Source: Candidatus Dormiibacterota bacterium (GTDB lineage Bacteria; Chloroflexota; Dormibacteria; Aeolococcales; Aeolococcaceae). From it: a DNA stretch of 64,000 nt. A model generated the notes under the pieces. That model did no database searches, was not told the origin of the DNA, and saw only the letters and a program-made list of their open reading frames with translations. The stretch covers positions 183,122-247,121 of the forward strand of contig CAVPXI010000015.1 of the NCBI GenBank assembly GCA_963709585.1, read 5' to 3'. Within the stretch, counting starts at the first letter, position 1, and every line of letters begins with the position of its first letter. The translations under genes were made by a program, and so were the position numbers. Shown here in pieces: positions 1 through 10,067 of this stretch.

Positions 1-1266
1 CGTCACCGTGCTTCCCGCTGCAGTTGTGTGCACCGCGCTGGTGGGAACGGTGATCACCTGCACCACCTGGTTGATGACGACACTGACCGACGCGGACATC
101 CCCGGACGGAGCGAAGGGCTCGCCCCGCTGAGCACCACGGTCACCGGGAACGTCGCAACACCCGAGGTGACCGTGGCCTGTTCGGCGACCTCGGTGACCT
201 TTCCTGCGGTTGCGTTGCTCGACCCCGCCGCGACCACCTCGGCGGTCTGGCCGATCGCGATCTCGTTGACCAGCGCGTCACTCACCGACCCGGTCACCTC
301 GAAGACACCGGGCGTGATGATCACGACCGCATGGGTGGCGGCGCCGCTCGAGCCGGCCGATGCGCCGCCCGTGCCGGCACTCGCGATCTGCGCACCGTCG
401 GTGACATTGACGGCCTCGACAACGCCGCCCGTCGGCGCCTTGAGCGTCGCTGCGCTCACCGCCGCCTGCGCGTTGGCAACGTTGACCTGGTCGATTTCGA
501 CCTGGCTCTGGTCCACTGCGATCTGCGCCGATGTCGTCGGCGATGCACTCTCGACCGCGGTGAGAGCGGACTTGGCATTCTCCCACTGCACCTTGTCGGT
601 GTTGACCTGGCCCTGGGCCTGGTCGTCGCTCTGCGCCCCCTTGACCTGAGCCGCCTGCCACGCCTGGTAGTCCTGGCTCACAGCTGCCTCGTCCGCAGGA
701 CACGGGGTCGTGGCGTCGCCGGGTGTGCAGCCGGCGGCAGCGGCCGTTGCCTGGGCCGCGGTGTACACGTTGTAGTCCTGCGCGACGATCTGGGTGTTCA
801 CCGCTCTGGTGTCGGCGAGGCTGGTCACCGCGTTCTGATAGGCGACGTACGCGCTGTTGACCTGGCCTTCGGCCTGGGTGATGCTGGACGCCGACGCTCC
901 CGCCTTGGCCTGAGACAGATTCGCCTCTGCAGAAGCAAGGGTCGCCTCCGCCTGGGTGAGGCTGGCATCAACGGTGGTCGGGTCCTGGGTGGCGAGGACC
1001 TCGCCGGCGGTGACCGTCTGTCCCGGCTGGACGTTGACGGAAGTCACCTTCCCCGCGCCCTGGAAATCGAGATCGGTCTCGCCGTCAGCGGCGAGATTCC
1101 CCGACAGCGAGACCGTCTGCGTCACGGTCCCGAGCGTTGCGACCCCGAGTCTGTACGAGACGCTCGCCGCAGCACCGCGGGTGAGCATGAAAACGCCGGT
1201 TCCCGCGGCAATCACCACGACAACGATGCCGACGATGAACGGCTTGCTCAGCAAACGACGTCTCAC
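1..1266 (-). CDS. Efflux RND/ABC transporter periplasmic adaptor (HlyD/MacA-like), runs off the window start
   Basis: Not in the ORF track. Manual translation from GTG at 1266 (GGGAG RBS upstream): MRRRLLSKPFIVGIVVVVIAAGTGVFML...SGNL...GKVTSVNVQPGQTVTAGEVLA, i.e. TM anchor, lipoyl-like half motif and Ala/Gln coiled coil. Confidence 0.8.
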   Translation of the reverse strand, partial: MRRRLLSKPFIVGIVVVVIAAGTGVFMLTRGAAASVSYRLGVATLGTVTQTVSLSGNLAADGETDLDFQGAGKVTSVNVQPGQTVTAGEVLATQDPTTVDASLTQAEATLASAEANLSQAKAGASASSITQAEGQVNSAYVAYQNAVTSLADTRAVNTQIVAQDYNVYTAAQATAAAAGCTPGDATTPCPADEAAVSQDYQAWQAAQVKGAQSDDQAQGQVNTDKVQWENAKSALTAVESASPTTSAQIAVDQSQVEIDQVNVANAQAAVSAATLKAPTGGVVEAVNVTDGAQIASAGTGGASAGSSGAATHAVVIITPGVFEVTGSVSDALVNEIAIGQTAEVVAAGSSNATAGKVTEVAEQATVTSGVATFPVTVVLSGASPSLRPGMSASVSVVINQVVQVITVPTSAVHTTAAGSTVT

Positions 1267-1389
1267 AAGGAATAACTCCCAAAACCGGCTCCGACCGCGA
1301 CCATCGGCCGTGATCGTCGCCCGGGTCGCCTTTCAGGAGCGTGACGAGGCGCGGACATCTCGTAAACCGATGCCGCCTGCACGCTGGCG

Positions 1390-1453
<64 letters not shown>

Positions 1454-1463
<10 letters not shown>

Positions 1464-2158
1464 TGGGCGACTGTAGCTCCAGACGCGGTCAATTGCTCGA
1501 CGCTGCCGTCACTGTGGCCCACCAACACGGTGTCTGCCAAACCCACGAACAACCCATGGCCGGCGACCCCCGGGATGGAGCCGATCAACGCCGCGAGCAC
1601 GTCCGGTTCGTCGATGTCGGTGTACTCACTGTCGACGACCAGGTTGCCGTTGTCGGTGATGAAGGGCTGGCCGTCGCCGCCGACACGAACCGTGAAATCG
1701 ATCGACGTTCGCTCGACCAGGGTGTGCAGCGTCCTGGCGATCCCGAATTGGACCACCTCGACGGGGATACGACCGCTGAGCTGGGACATGTATTTGCTGT
1801 CATCGACAATAACCACGAAGCGCGCCGCAGACGCGGCAACGATCTTCTCTCGAACCATCGCGCCACCCCTGCCCTTGATCAGACGCAACGCGGGATCGAC
1901 GCTGTCAGCGCCGTCGACGGCGAGGTCGAGACCGTCAGCCCCGAGCTCCTCCACAACCATGCCGTGCTCGATTGCCAGCGCGGTACTCGCCACCGAGGTT
2001 GCGACCGCGCGCACGGTCAGCCCCTGACGCACCCGCTCCGCGAGACCGAGGATGAACCAGCGCGCGGTCGTACCGGTGCCAAGACCGACGCGCATGCCGT
2101 CATCGACCAGCGGCACCGCGGCCTCCCCCGCCGCACGTCGGGCGGCATCGACGTCCAC
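1454..2158 (-). CDS. rpiA: Ribose-5-phosphate isomerase A
   Basis: GLGTGTT, DGAD, KGRGGA..REKI, PVEV and TDNGN motifs. Confidence 0.95.
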
Positions 2159-2174
2159 CCGTGCAGCGTAGCCG

Positions 2175-2507
2175 TCAGGAGGCCAGCCGTCTGCTCAGTT
2201 CGCCGGCGGTTGTGGACACGGCGTCACGATGCAGGCCGTCGGGCTGACGCATGAAGCGCTCCTGCACGACGAACACCGCTTCGATCAGCTCCGCCGCGGA
2301 CGTGCGGGGGCGGAACGTGACCCCGCGACGGCGGAGCGAGACCAGCACCCGTGTGGGGATCAGGCCACCGCGAAGATTCACCTCTTCGAGCTGGGTGAGC
2401 AATCCGTCGAGCTCACACAGCGTTTCGCGTCGATGGACCCGTTGTCGTTCCTCTTCTGCTGACCACACCAATTGATTGAGGACGCGGTTTCGGACGAAGG
2501 TGGCCAT
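2175..2507 (-). CDS. Hypothetical 110-aa helical protein, putatively LexA-regulated
   Basis: GAGGGAG RBS before the ATG at 2507, GC3-rich codons, no recognised family. Confidence 0.7.
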   Translation of the reverse strand: MATFVRNRVLNQLVWSAEEERQRVHRRETLCELDGLLTQLEEVNLRGGLIPTRVLVSLRRRGVTFRPRTSAAELIEAVFVVQERFMRQPDGLHRDAVSTTAGELSRRLAS

Positions 2508-2626
2508 GACGCTCCCTCGGCGCGTCCACCGGGTTCGGGGGTTTGATGTGACGTAGGGTAGGTCGGACCGAACAGATGGACGTCCTGTGGTCGCGATCCT
2601 ACCGATTTGTCGGCCATTTGCATAGC

Positions 2627-2641
2627 GGAACACATGTTCGA
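2627..2641. promoter_or_regulatory. LexA/SOS box (GAAC-N4-GTTC)
   Basis: gGAACacatGTTCga (core 2628-2639) is a perfect Gram-positive-type operator in the intergenic region. A weaker GAACagatGGAC lies at 2570-2581. Confidence 0.75.
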
Positions 2642-2700
2642 CGCTGTCGAGGGCAGCTCCACCATGGAGCCGCCCTCACGAGCTGATCAGACGCGCGCTC

Positions 2701-3444
2701 TTACCCGCCGAGCAACTGAATGATGTGGTTCGCATCCGCACGGGCTCCGTCGAGATCTGCGCGCGCCGTCTTGATGTTCTCGGCGGCACTCTTCAAGACG
2801 ACCTGGTTGCCCGGCCACCCCGCCGGCGTGAGATCGATCACCGATGAGGTCACCCCGGAGATCGACGTGTGCGCGGCGGCAACCTTGCTCGTCAGGTCGT
2901 TCAGATCCGTCTGCGCCTCGGCCTTGACCTTTGCCGACACCGACGAGTTGTTGATCAGGGATTGCAGCTCCGGGATGAGCGTCGAGAAACTCTGGTTGAC
3001 CTTGGTCACGCCGTCCGCCGCGATCACCTCGTGGATTTTGGGATCCTCGAGCACGTACACCCGATACCCGGTGACGATGGTCTGGCAGTCGGCCAAGGTC
3101 TGCTTGTACGTGCTGTCGCTCTGAATCGTCGTGTCAAGCGCGATCAACCCCTGCTGGTCGGCGCCGATCTGCCCTTCGAGTGTCGCCCGGTCACCGCCTG
3201 ACAGTGCCACCGAGTCCTTGACGAACGTGTCGTCGGCCGCGAGGGTGCCGAGCCGGCGCTGGATGGCGGCATTGCAATGCGCCTTGAGCGTCGCCAGCGT
3301 GAGAGTGTGCGGCGCCGGCGTCGCGCTTGCGACCGGCGAGGGCGAGGAAGTCGTGGCCGCGTCGACACCCACCGAGCCCGCCAGCCCGAGGCCGGCGGTC
3401 AGGGTCAGCGTCGCCATGCCACGCGCGAGAAGCGAGGTGTTCAT
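2701..3444 (-). CDS. Secreted alpha-helical hypothetical protein
   Basis: Signal peptide (…AGSVGVDA), S/P/T linker, helical body with 2 Cys; start overlaps the upstream stop. Confidence 0.8.
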   Translation of the reverse strand: MNTSLLARGMATLTLTAGLGLAGSVGVDAATTSSPSPVASATPAPHTLTLATLKAHCNAAIQRRLGTLAADDTFVKDSVALSGGDRATLEGQIGADQQGLIALDTTIQSDSTYKQTLADCQTIVTGYRVYVLEDPKIHEVIAADGVTKVNQSFSTLIPELQSLINNSSVSAKVKAEAQTDLNDLTSKVAAAHTSISGVTSSVIDLTPAGWPGNQVVLKSAAENIKTARADLDGARADANHIIQLLGG

Positions 3445-3746
3445 TGGGATGGGTCTCCTTCGCTGGTGCTCAGCCCGGCGTTGGCGGCGTTGAGCTGCCC
3501 GCCGATGGTGCTGAGCTGGTTGTCGATGCTGCTGATCTGCCGGGTGACGCCGCTTCTATCCGGCGTCGCGGTCGCTGCTGCAGTCGCCGTCGCGACGGGT
3601 GCCGCCACCGTCACCCCGACGGGCGCGGTTGCGCCGGAAGCTCGGGGACTGCTGACGCCGCTCGCACGAACGGCGCCGCATCCCGCGACCGCCACGGCTA
3701 CGATGCCGCACAGGACGCTGTTCCTCAGCGCCGTGACATGAGTCAT
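3441..3746 (-). CDS. Small lipoprotein
   Basis: AAAGGAG RBS, lipobox VAGC, A/T-rich linker and C-terminal coiled coil. Confidence 0.75.
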   Translation of the reverse strand: MTHVTALRNSVLCGIVAVAVAGCGAVRASGVSSPRASGATAPVGVTVAAPVATATAAATATPDRSGVTRQISSIDNQLSTIGGQLNAANAGLSTSEGDPSQ

Positions 3747-3811
3747 CCGATGTCTCCTTTGGAATGTCCGGAGGGATCTGGTTCATCCAACCAGAGCTCC
3801 GAGCCCGGCTC

Positions 3812-3850
3812 CTGAGACCATGCGGAGACGCCGCTGAGAAATCGCGAAGA
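3812..3850 (-). promoter_or_regulatory. Four 11-bp-spaced hexamer direct repeats (MprA/OmpR-family-like operator)
   Basis: Plus strand CTGAGA 3812, CGGAGA 3823, CTGAGA 3834, CGAAGA 3845, equal to TCTCAG-N5 repeats on the minus strand. Confidence 0.6.
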
Positions 3851-3890
3851 GGTTGCCCAACCTGGTGCCGCCCGAGAGAGCGGCGTCAAC

Positions 3891-4637
3891 TCAGGCCGCC
3901 GTCGCCTCGCGTGCCAGTCGACCGACAAGCGCGTCGAGTGGACCGGCTTCCAGCAGCCTCCGCCCGAAGGCGGACGCCAGTGCCCCGGCCAGCACCGGAG
4001 CGACCACGGCGGGAACGTGCCCGCCGGCGCCGAGCGTCTCCAGTGACGCGACTCCGGCTCCATCGATGCCGCACGGGGTGATGCGATCGAACCAGCCCAG
4101 GTCGGTGGCCACGTTCAGTGCGACCCCGTGGGTGGTGACGCCGCCCGCGAGCTTCACCCCGATTGCGCCGAGCTTCCGATCCCCCGACCACACTCCCGTG
4201 AACGGCGGGCGGCGGGTCACCTCGACTCCGTAGTTGGCTGCCGTGGCGATCAGGCCGGCCTCGAGCGCCCGGAGATAACGATCGACGTCGCCGTGAGCTG
4301 GGTGACCCGGGATCGGGAAGATCCCGGCCAGACGCACGATCGGATAGGCGACGAGCTGGCCGGGACCGTGGAAGGTCACCGACCCTCCGCGATCGACCTC
4401 GAGGAACTCAGCGCCTGCGGCAACGAGCGCGTCGGGCCCCTTGCCGAGGTGGCGAGCCTCACCCTGGCGGCCCATCGTGTACACGGGCGGGTGCTCCAGC
4501 AGGAGCACGGCGTCGTCGGCCAGTTCGCCGGACCTGCGCGCCAGGGCGACCTCTCGCTGCAACACCCAGGCGTCCTGGTAGCCGACCGTCCCCAGCCACG
4601 TCCAGCGAAGCGCCGGTTCCTCGCCCACGTCGCTCAT
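3891..4637 (-). CDS. lipB: Lipoyl(octanoyl) transferase LipB
   Basis: [46 protein letters not shown]. Confidence 0.95.
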   Translation of the reverse strand: MSDVGEEPALRWTWLGTVGYQDAWVLQREVALARRSGELADDAVLLLEHPPVYTMGRQGEARHLGKGPDALVAAGAEFLEVDRGGSVTFHGPGQLVAYPIVRLAGIFPIPGHPAHGDVDRYLRALEAGLIATAANYGVEVTRRPPFTGVWSGDRKLGAIGVKLAGGVTTHGVALNVATDLGWFDRITPCGIDGAGVASLETLGAGGHVPAVVAPVLAGALASAFGRRLLEAGPLDALVGRLAREATAA

Positions 4638-5572
4638 CCGGCGTGGGCAGCGACCGCCTGCTCGTGCGCGTGATAGCTGGAGCGGACCAGTGGTCCCGAT
4701 TCGACGTGCTTGAAGCCGAGCGACTTGCCGTATGCCTTCAGCTCGGCGAACTCGTCGGGATGCCAGTAGCGGATCAGCGGATGGTGCTTGAGCGACGGGC
4801 GCAGGTACTGACCGATCGTGATGATCTCGATGTCATGGGCGCGCATCTTGTCGAGGAGCTCCTTGACCTCGTGCATCTCCTCGCCGAGCCCGACCATGAG
4901 GCCCGACTTGGTCCGGCTCCGCGGCTCGATTCGCTTGGCAGCCCGGAGCAGCTCGAGACTGCGGTCGAGCTCGGACTTCGGGCGGACCCGCCGGTAGAGT
5001 CGGCCGACGGTCTCGACGTTGTGATTGAAGATCTCGGGCACCTCGTCCATGACCGTCCCCAGCGCGTCGCGGTCGCCCTGGAAGTCGGGTGTCAGCACCT
5101 CGATCGTGGTCCCGGGTGCGAGCGCCCGGATGGATCGGATCGTCGCGGCGAACACACCGGCGCCGCCGTCGGCGAGATCGTCGCGGTCGACGGACGTGAC
5201 CACGGCGTGGCGCAGGCCCATGGTCGCAACCGCCTCTCCGACCCGGCGTGGCTCATCCCAGTCGATGTCGCCACCACGCTTGCCGCTCTTGACCGCGCAG
5301 AACGCGCAGGCCCGTGTGCACACGTCGCCGAGGATCATGAAGGTGGCGGTCCCGTGCCCCCAGCACTCGGCGATGTTCGGGCAGCGAGCCTCCTCGCACA
5401 CAGTGTTGAGACGCTGCCCGCGCATGATCCCTTTGATCTGTGCGTACCCGTCGCCGGCGGGCAGCTTGACGGTCAGCCACGCGGGTCGCCGATCAACACC
5501 GTCGGGAAGGAGCCGCTGATGCAGCGGCCGGGGATCGGCCACCGGAACGGGCCGCAGGCTGATCTGGTCCAT
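4634..5572 (-). CDS. lipA: Lipoyl synthase
   Basis: [12 protein letters not shown] plus the radical [11 protein letters not shown] motif, and RSSYHA. Confidence 0.97.
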   Translation of the reverse strand: MDQISLRPVPVADPRPLHQRLLPDGVDRRPAWLTVKLPAGDGYAQIKGIMRGQRLNTVCEEARCPNIAECWGHGTATFMILGDVCTRACAFCAVKSGKRGGDIDWDEPRRVGEAVATMGLRHAVVTSVDRDDLADGGAGVFAATIRSIRALAPGTTIEVLTPDFQGDRDALGTVMDEVPEIFNHNVETVGRLYRRVRPKSELDRSLELLRAAKRIEPRSRTKSGLMVGLGEEMHEVKELLDKMRAHDIEIITIGQYLRPSLKHHPLIRYWHPDEFAELKAYGKSLGFKHVESGPLVRSSYHAHEQAVAAHAG

Positions 5573-5616
5573 GGCGCTCTCTCACTCTACACACTCGCTG
5601 CGCCACAATCGCCGAG

Positions 5617-7239
5617 ATGAGTTCTCAGCCACCGCTCAACGAGCCGGTTCACCTCTACGCGCCGGGGTCGGCGGAGCGCGCCCACCTGCGCACCGCGGTC
5701 CGCGACATGCAGGCAACCGCGCCGCACACCGTGCCGCTCCACGTTGGCGGACGCACCTACGACGGGCACGGGGAGCGCATCTCGGTCAGCGCGCCGCACC
5801 GCCGCTCCCTGGCGCTCGTCGAGGCGGCGACCGCCACGACCGATGACGTCCGCGCTGCGGTCGATGCCGCGCTCGCCGCCCACCACGACTGGTCGACCGC
5901 GCCGTGGGAGACGAGGGCCTCGGTCTTCCTCCGCGCCGCTGACCTTCTGAGTGGCCCGTTCCGCGACCGCCTCAATGCGGCCACGATCCTGGGGCAGAGC
6001 AAGAGTGTCCAGCAGGCGGAGATCGACGCCGCGTGCGAGCTGATCGACTTCTGGCGCTGGAACGTCCACTTCGCGGAGCAGCTCCGGGAGATGCAGCCGG
6101 TGTCACCGGCCGGGGTGTGGAATCGCATGGACCACCGGCCGCTCGAGGGCTTCGTGCTGGCGATCAGCCCGTTCAACTTCACCTCGATCGGGGGAAACCT
6201 CGCGGTCACGCCGGCGATCGTCGGCAACACCGTCGTCTGGAAGCCGGCGACCACCGCGCTGCTCGCCGCCCAGGTGATCATGGAGATCCTCGAGGCCGCC
6301 GGCCTGCCGCCGGGTGTCATCAACATGATCGCCGGGCCCGGGGCGGCGGTCTCGGAGGCCGCGGTCAAGCATCCGTCGCTCGCGGGCATTCACTTCACCG
6401 GCTCGACCGACACGTTCCAGCACCTCTGGACCACTGTTGCCGCCAATCTCGGCAATTACAGGACGTATCCGCGCCTGGTCGGCGAGACCGGCGGCAAGGA
6501 CTTCGTGCTCGCGCACCCTTCGGCGTCCACCGACGCACTGCTCGTCGGGCTCCTGCGCGGGTCCTTCGAGTACCAGGGCCAGAAATGCTCCGCCGCATCG
6601 CGCGCGTACATCCCTCACTCGGTGTGGGAACGGCTGCGCGATCCGCTCGCGGTGGCGACCGAGGCGATTCCCGTGGGCGATCCCGCGGAGTTCAGCACCT
6701 TCATGGGAGCGGTCATCGACGAGCCGAGCTTCCGCAAGCACGAGGCCGTGCTCGCCTCGGCGCGCACCGATCCGGATCTCACCCTGGTCGCCGGCGGCGA
6801 GTGCGACGGCGACGTCGGATGGTTCGTCCATCCCACCATCCTCGAGACCTCGAACCCCCGGCACGAGCTGCTCCAGCGCGAGCTGTTCGGCCCGATCCTC
6901 ACCGTGTTCCCGTACCCGGACTCGGACTGGCACTCGGTGCTCGACCTCGTGGATCACACCTCGCCCTATGCGCTCACCGGCGCCGTGTTCGCCGATGACC
7001 GGGCCGCCATCGACGAGGCCGCCGCCCACCTGCGCTACGCCGCCGGCAACTTCTACATCAACGACAAACCAACCGGCGCGGTCGTCGGTCAGCAGCCGTT
7101 CGGCGGCGCGAGAATGAGCGGGACCAACGACAAGGCAGGGTCGGCGCTGAACATGATGCGCTGGGTGTCACCTCGCGTCATCAAGGAGACCTTCGTTCCG
7201 CCGAGCGAGTGGCGGTACCCGCACCAGGATCCCGACTGA
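5617..7239 (+). CDS. pruA: L-glutamate gamma-semialdehyde (P5C) dehydrogenase
   Basis: EIDAACELIDF, SPFNFT, FTGST, GETGGK, EYQGQKCSA, INDKPTGAVVGQQPFGG. Confidence 0.95.
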   Translation: MSSQPPLNEPVHLYAPGSAERAHLRTAVRDMQATAPHTVPLHVGGRTYDGHGERISVSAPHRRSLALVEAATATTDDVRAAVDAALAAHHDWSTAPWETRASVFLRAADLLSGPFRDRLNAATILGQSKSVQQAEIDAACELIDFWRWNVHFAEQLREMQPVSPAGVWNRMDHRPLEGFVLAISPFNFTSIGGNLAVTPAIVGNTVVWKPATTALLAAQVIMEILEAAGLPPGVINMIAGPGAAVSEAAVKHPSLAGIHFTGSTDTFQHLWTTVAANLGNYRTYPRLVGETGGKDFVLAHPSASTDALLVGLLRGSFEYQGQKCSAASRAYIPHSVWERLRDPLAVATEAIPVGDPAEFSTFMGAVIDEPSFRKHEAVLASARTDPDLTLVAGGECDGDVGWFVHPTILETSNPRHELLQRELFGPILTVFPYPDSDWHSVLDLVDHTSPYALTGAVFADDRAAIDEAAAHLRYAAGNFYINDKPTGAVVGQQPFGGARMSGTNDKAGSALNMMRWVSPRVIKETFVPPSEWRYPHQDPD

Positions 7240-7296
7240 CCCGACCGCCAGGGCGCTGAATCGCTTCGCCGACCCGGTCTGATTTTCGGTCGGGTG

Positions 7297-7515
7297 CTAG
7301 GCCCGCCAGCGGGTGCAGGAGCGGGTGGGCCGGCGTCTGCAGGAGCAGCTCCCCGGGTGGCGCGGAGTTCGCCTCGTGATCGGCGGATCCTCGGAGGCGA
7401 CCCGGATCAGGGCATGAAACCTGCTCTCGTCGATGATGCCCTTCTCCAGAGCGCGCCGCGCCCATGCCGGCGGGGTCCGAAGTCCCCACGCATCGAAAGC
7501 GCCTTGCTCGATCAT
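7297..7515 (-). CDS. Small hypothetical protein at the end of the dehydrogenase operon; 3' end uncertain
   Basis: Strong AGGAGG RBS. The N-terminal part is protein-like and the C-terminal part looks frameshifted near GAGTTC at ~7365. Confidence 0.5.
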   Translation of the reverse strand: MIEQGAFDAWGLRTPPAWARRALEKGIIDESRFHALIRVASEDPPITRRTPRHPGSCSCRRRPTRSCTRWRA

Positions 7516-7543
7516 CGTTCCTCCTGATGATAGCCAGGACGGG

Positions 7544-9055
7544 CTAAACGAGGGTACCCGACGGGTCCAGCCCTTCGAGGAGCTTCTGGACCGAGGTGAC
7601 GAAGCGGGTTGCCTGGAGGCCGTCGTTGATGCGGTGGTCGAACGACAGACCCAGGTTCATGATCGGCCGGATCGCGATCGCGTCACCGACGACCACCGGC
7701 CGCTTGACCACCAGATCCATGGTCATGATCGCCGCCTGCGGCTGGTTGATGATCGCCTGGGTCATCACCGCTCCGAGAGCGCCCGTGTTGTTGAGCGTGA
7801 ACGTTCCGCCCTGGATCTCATCGAGCTTCAGGTGGTTGGTCCGCGCCCGCGCACCGAGGTCGGCCATGGTGGTCGCGAGCCCGGTGATGCTCAGCCGGTC
7901 CGCGTCGCGCACCACCGGCACGATGAGGTTGTCCTCCAGCGCCACGGCGATGCCGAGGTTGATGGCCCGCTTGACGACGATCCCCGCGTCACTCCACGAC
8001 GCGTTGAGGGTGGGATGGCGTTGCAGCGCCTCGACGACCGCCCGCGCGACAAAGGGCAGGAAGGTGAGCTTGACGCCGTGCCGCTCCTCGAACGCGGCTT
8101 TCTCACGATCGCGAATCCGCCACACCGCGGACATGTCGACCTCCACCATGACGTACGCGTGCGGCGACGTGTGCCGGCTCCGAACCATGTGCTCCGCAAT
8201 CGCCCTCCGCACCTGCGTCAGCGGAACAACCGTCTCCCCCTCCCCGGCCTGAGTGAAGGAGGCCGGACCAGCAGACGCCGAAGCCGCCGTTGGCGCCGTC
8301 GAAGCCGGCTGCGGTGCCTGCGTAGGCGACATAGCCGGTGGAGTCGCCGGAGCGGGCGCCGTGGCCGGCGGCCGCGAGGGCACCGACGAGCCGGCGTCCC
8401 TCTGCTGCACGTACTCAAGAACGTCCTTCTTCGTGATCCGCCCGCCGATCCCGCTGCCGGTGATCTGCGACAGATCCACCCCGTGCTCGCGCACCAGCAT
8501 CCGTACCGCCGGGGTCACGTGATAGTCGCCGGCCTGCCCGTTCCCACCGGCTGCCGCATCAGACGCCGGAGCCGCCGCCGCGGATTCGCTGAAGGCATCC
8601 TGAATCGGCCCGACCGCGGTCTCCCCTCCCGCCTGCGCCCGCGCGGGTGGTGCCTGCGGCGCGGTCGGCACAGCTTGCGGCTCGGAGGGCGCAGTCTGCG
8701 GCTCCGCCGGCTCCGTATTCCGCTCCGCGGGTGCCGCTTGCGCGCTCTGCGCCGCCGGCACGCCGACGGCAGCGACCTCCTTGACATCCGGCTCGACCGC
8801 GGCATCCGAAGCCGCGACGCCGGTGTCGATGGAGCAGATCGGCTGTCCCACCGGCACCACGGTGCCTTCCGCGGCGATCAACTCGGCCATCACGCCGTCA
8901 GCCGGGGCAGGGATCTCGGCGTTGACCTTGTCGGTGATCACCTCGGCGATCAACTCGTATTTTGCGATCGAGTCGCCGGGATGTTTGAGCCATTTGGCGA
9001 TGGTTCCCTCGGTGACGCTCTCACCGAGCTGCGGCATCGTGACGGTCAGTGCCAT
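7544..9055 (-). CDS. 2-oxoacid dehydrogenase E2 (dihydrolipoamide acyltransferase)
   Basis: Lipoyl domain (TDKV), E3-binding domain (GSGIGGRITKKD), catalytic FDHR.NDG. Confidence 0.95.
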   Translation of the reverse strand: MALTVTMPQLGESVTEGTIAKWLKHPGDSIAKYELIAEVITDKVNAEIPAPADGVMAELIAAEGTVVPVGQPICSIDTGVAASDAAVEPDVKEVAAVGVPAAQSAQAAPAERNTEPAEPQTAPSEPQAVPTAPQAPPARAQAGGETAVGPIQDAFSESAAAAPASDAAAGGNGQAGDYHVTPAVRMLVREHGVDLSQITGSGIGGRITKKDVLEYVQQRDAGSSVPSRPPATAPAPATPPAMSPTQAPQPASTAPTAASASAGPASFTQAGEGETVVPLTQVRRAIAEHMVRSRHTSPHAYVMVEVDMSAVWRIRDREKAAFEERHGVKLTFLPFVARAVVEALQRHPTLNASWSDAGIVVKRAINLGIAVALEDNLIVPVVRDADRLSITGLATTMADLGARARTNHLKLDEIQGGTFTLNNTGALGAVMTQAIINQPQAAIMTMDLVVKRPVVVGDAIAIRPIMNLGLSFDHRINDGLQATRFVTSVQKLLEGLDPSGTLV

Positions 9056-9080
9056 TTCGCGAGGTTCCTTGTGTTCGAGT

Positions 9081-10065
9081 TCAGTACGCGGCGAGCTCGC
9101 GGAGCTTCGCCTCGACCTTGTTTGGGGTGACCAGATAGAACTGCTCCAGCGGCGGCGAGAACGGCATCGCCGGAATCTCGGGACCGCCGAGCCGCATCAC
9201 CGGCGCGTCGAGACTGTCAAAGCAGTCCTCCGCGATGATCGCCGCAACCTCCGACGCGACGCTGACTGCGAGGTTCGCCTCCTGCACGATCAACACCTTG
9301 CCGCACTTGCTCGCACTTGCGACGATCGCCGCACGATCGAAGGGGCGCAGCGACCGGAGGTCGACGACCTCGCAGGAAAACCCATCTGCAGCAAGGCGAT
9401 CGACCGCTTCGAGCGAGGTGTGCACCATCATGCCGTAACTGAACACAGCGATGTCCCTACCCTCACGCACCACTCTCGCGCGATCGAGTGGCACGGTGTA
9501 CTCGCCGTCCGGCACCTCGCCCTTGACCGCACGGTAGGCACGTTTGTGCTCGAAATAGAGCACCGGGTCCGGGTCGCGCAGCGCCGAGATGATCATGCCC
9601 TTCGCGTCGTACGGAGTTGACGGCACGACCACGCGAAGTCCCGGGATGTGGGCGAAGATCGCTTCGATCGACTGGGAGTGGTACAGCGCGCCGTGCACTC
9701 CCCCGCCAAAGGGTGAGCGCACCACCATCGGCACGTTCCAGTCACCGTTGCTCCGGTAGCTGATTTTCGCCGCCTCGCTGATGATCTGATCGACCGCCGG
9801 CATGATGAAGTCCTGGAACTGGATCTCGGCGATCGGACGGAGTTCCGTTCATCGCCGCACCGATTGCGACGCCGACGATCAGTGATTCGGCGAGCGGGCT
9901 GTCGAGCACCCGCCATTCCCCGAACTCCTTCTGCAGCCCCTCGGTGACCCCGAACACGCCGCCCTTGGCTCCCACATCCTCGCCGAGGATCATGACGCGC
10001 TCGTCGCGCTGCATCTCCTCGCGGATGCCATCGCGGATCGCCTGGATGTACGTCTTCTCGGGCAC
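9081..10065 (-). CDS. 2-oxoacid dehydrogenase E1 beta; apparent 1-nt insertion at ~9843
   Basis: Two ORFs join (GEDVG.KGGVF ... HSQS). Removing one base restores MNGLRPIAEIQF. Confidence 0.9.
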
Positions 10066-10067
10066 GA

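Noticed and set aside
8230-8830. GC-rich quasi-repeats (also at 26090-26200, 27050-27370 and 59570-59620)
   Set aside because: They encode Ala/Pro/Thr linkers of E2, the phosphoesterase, SecA and L7/L12, and are not CRISPR or mobile repeats.
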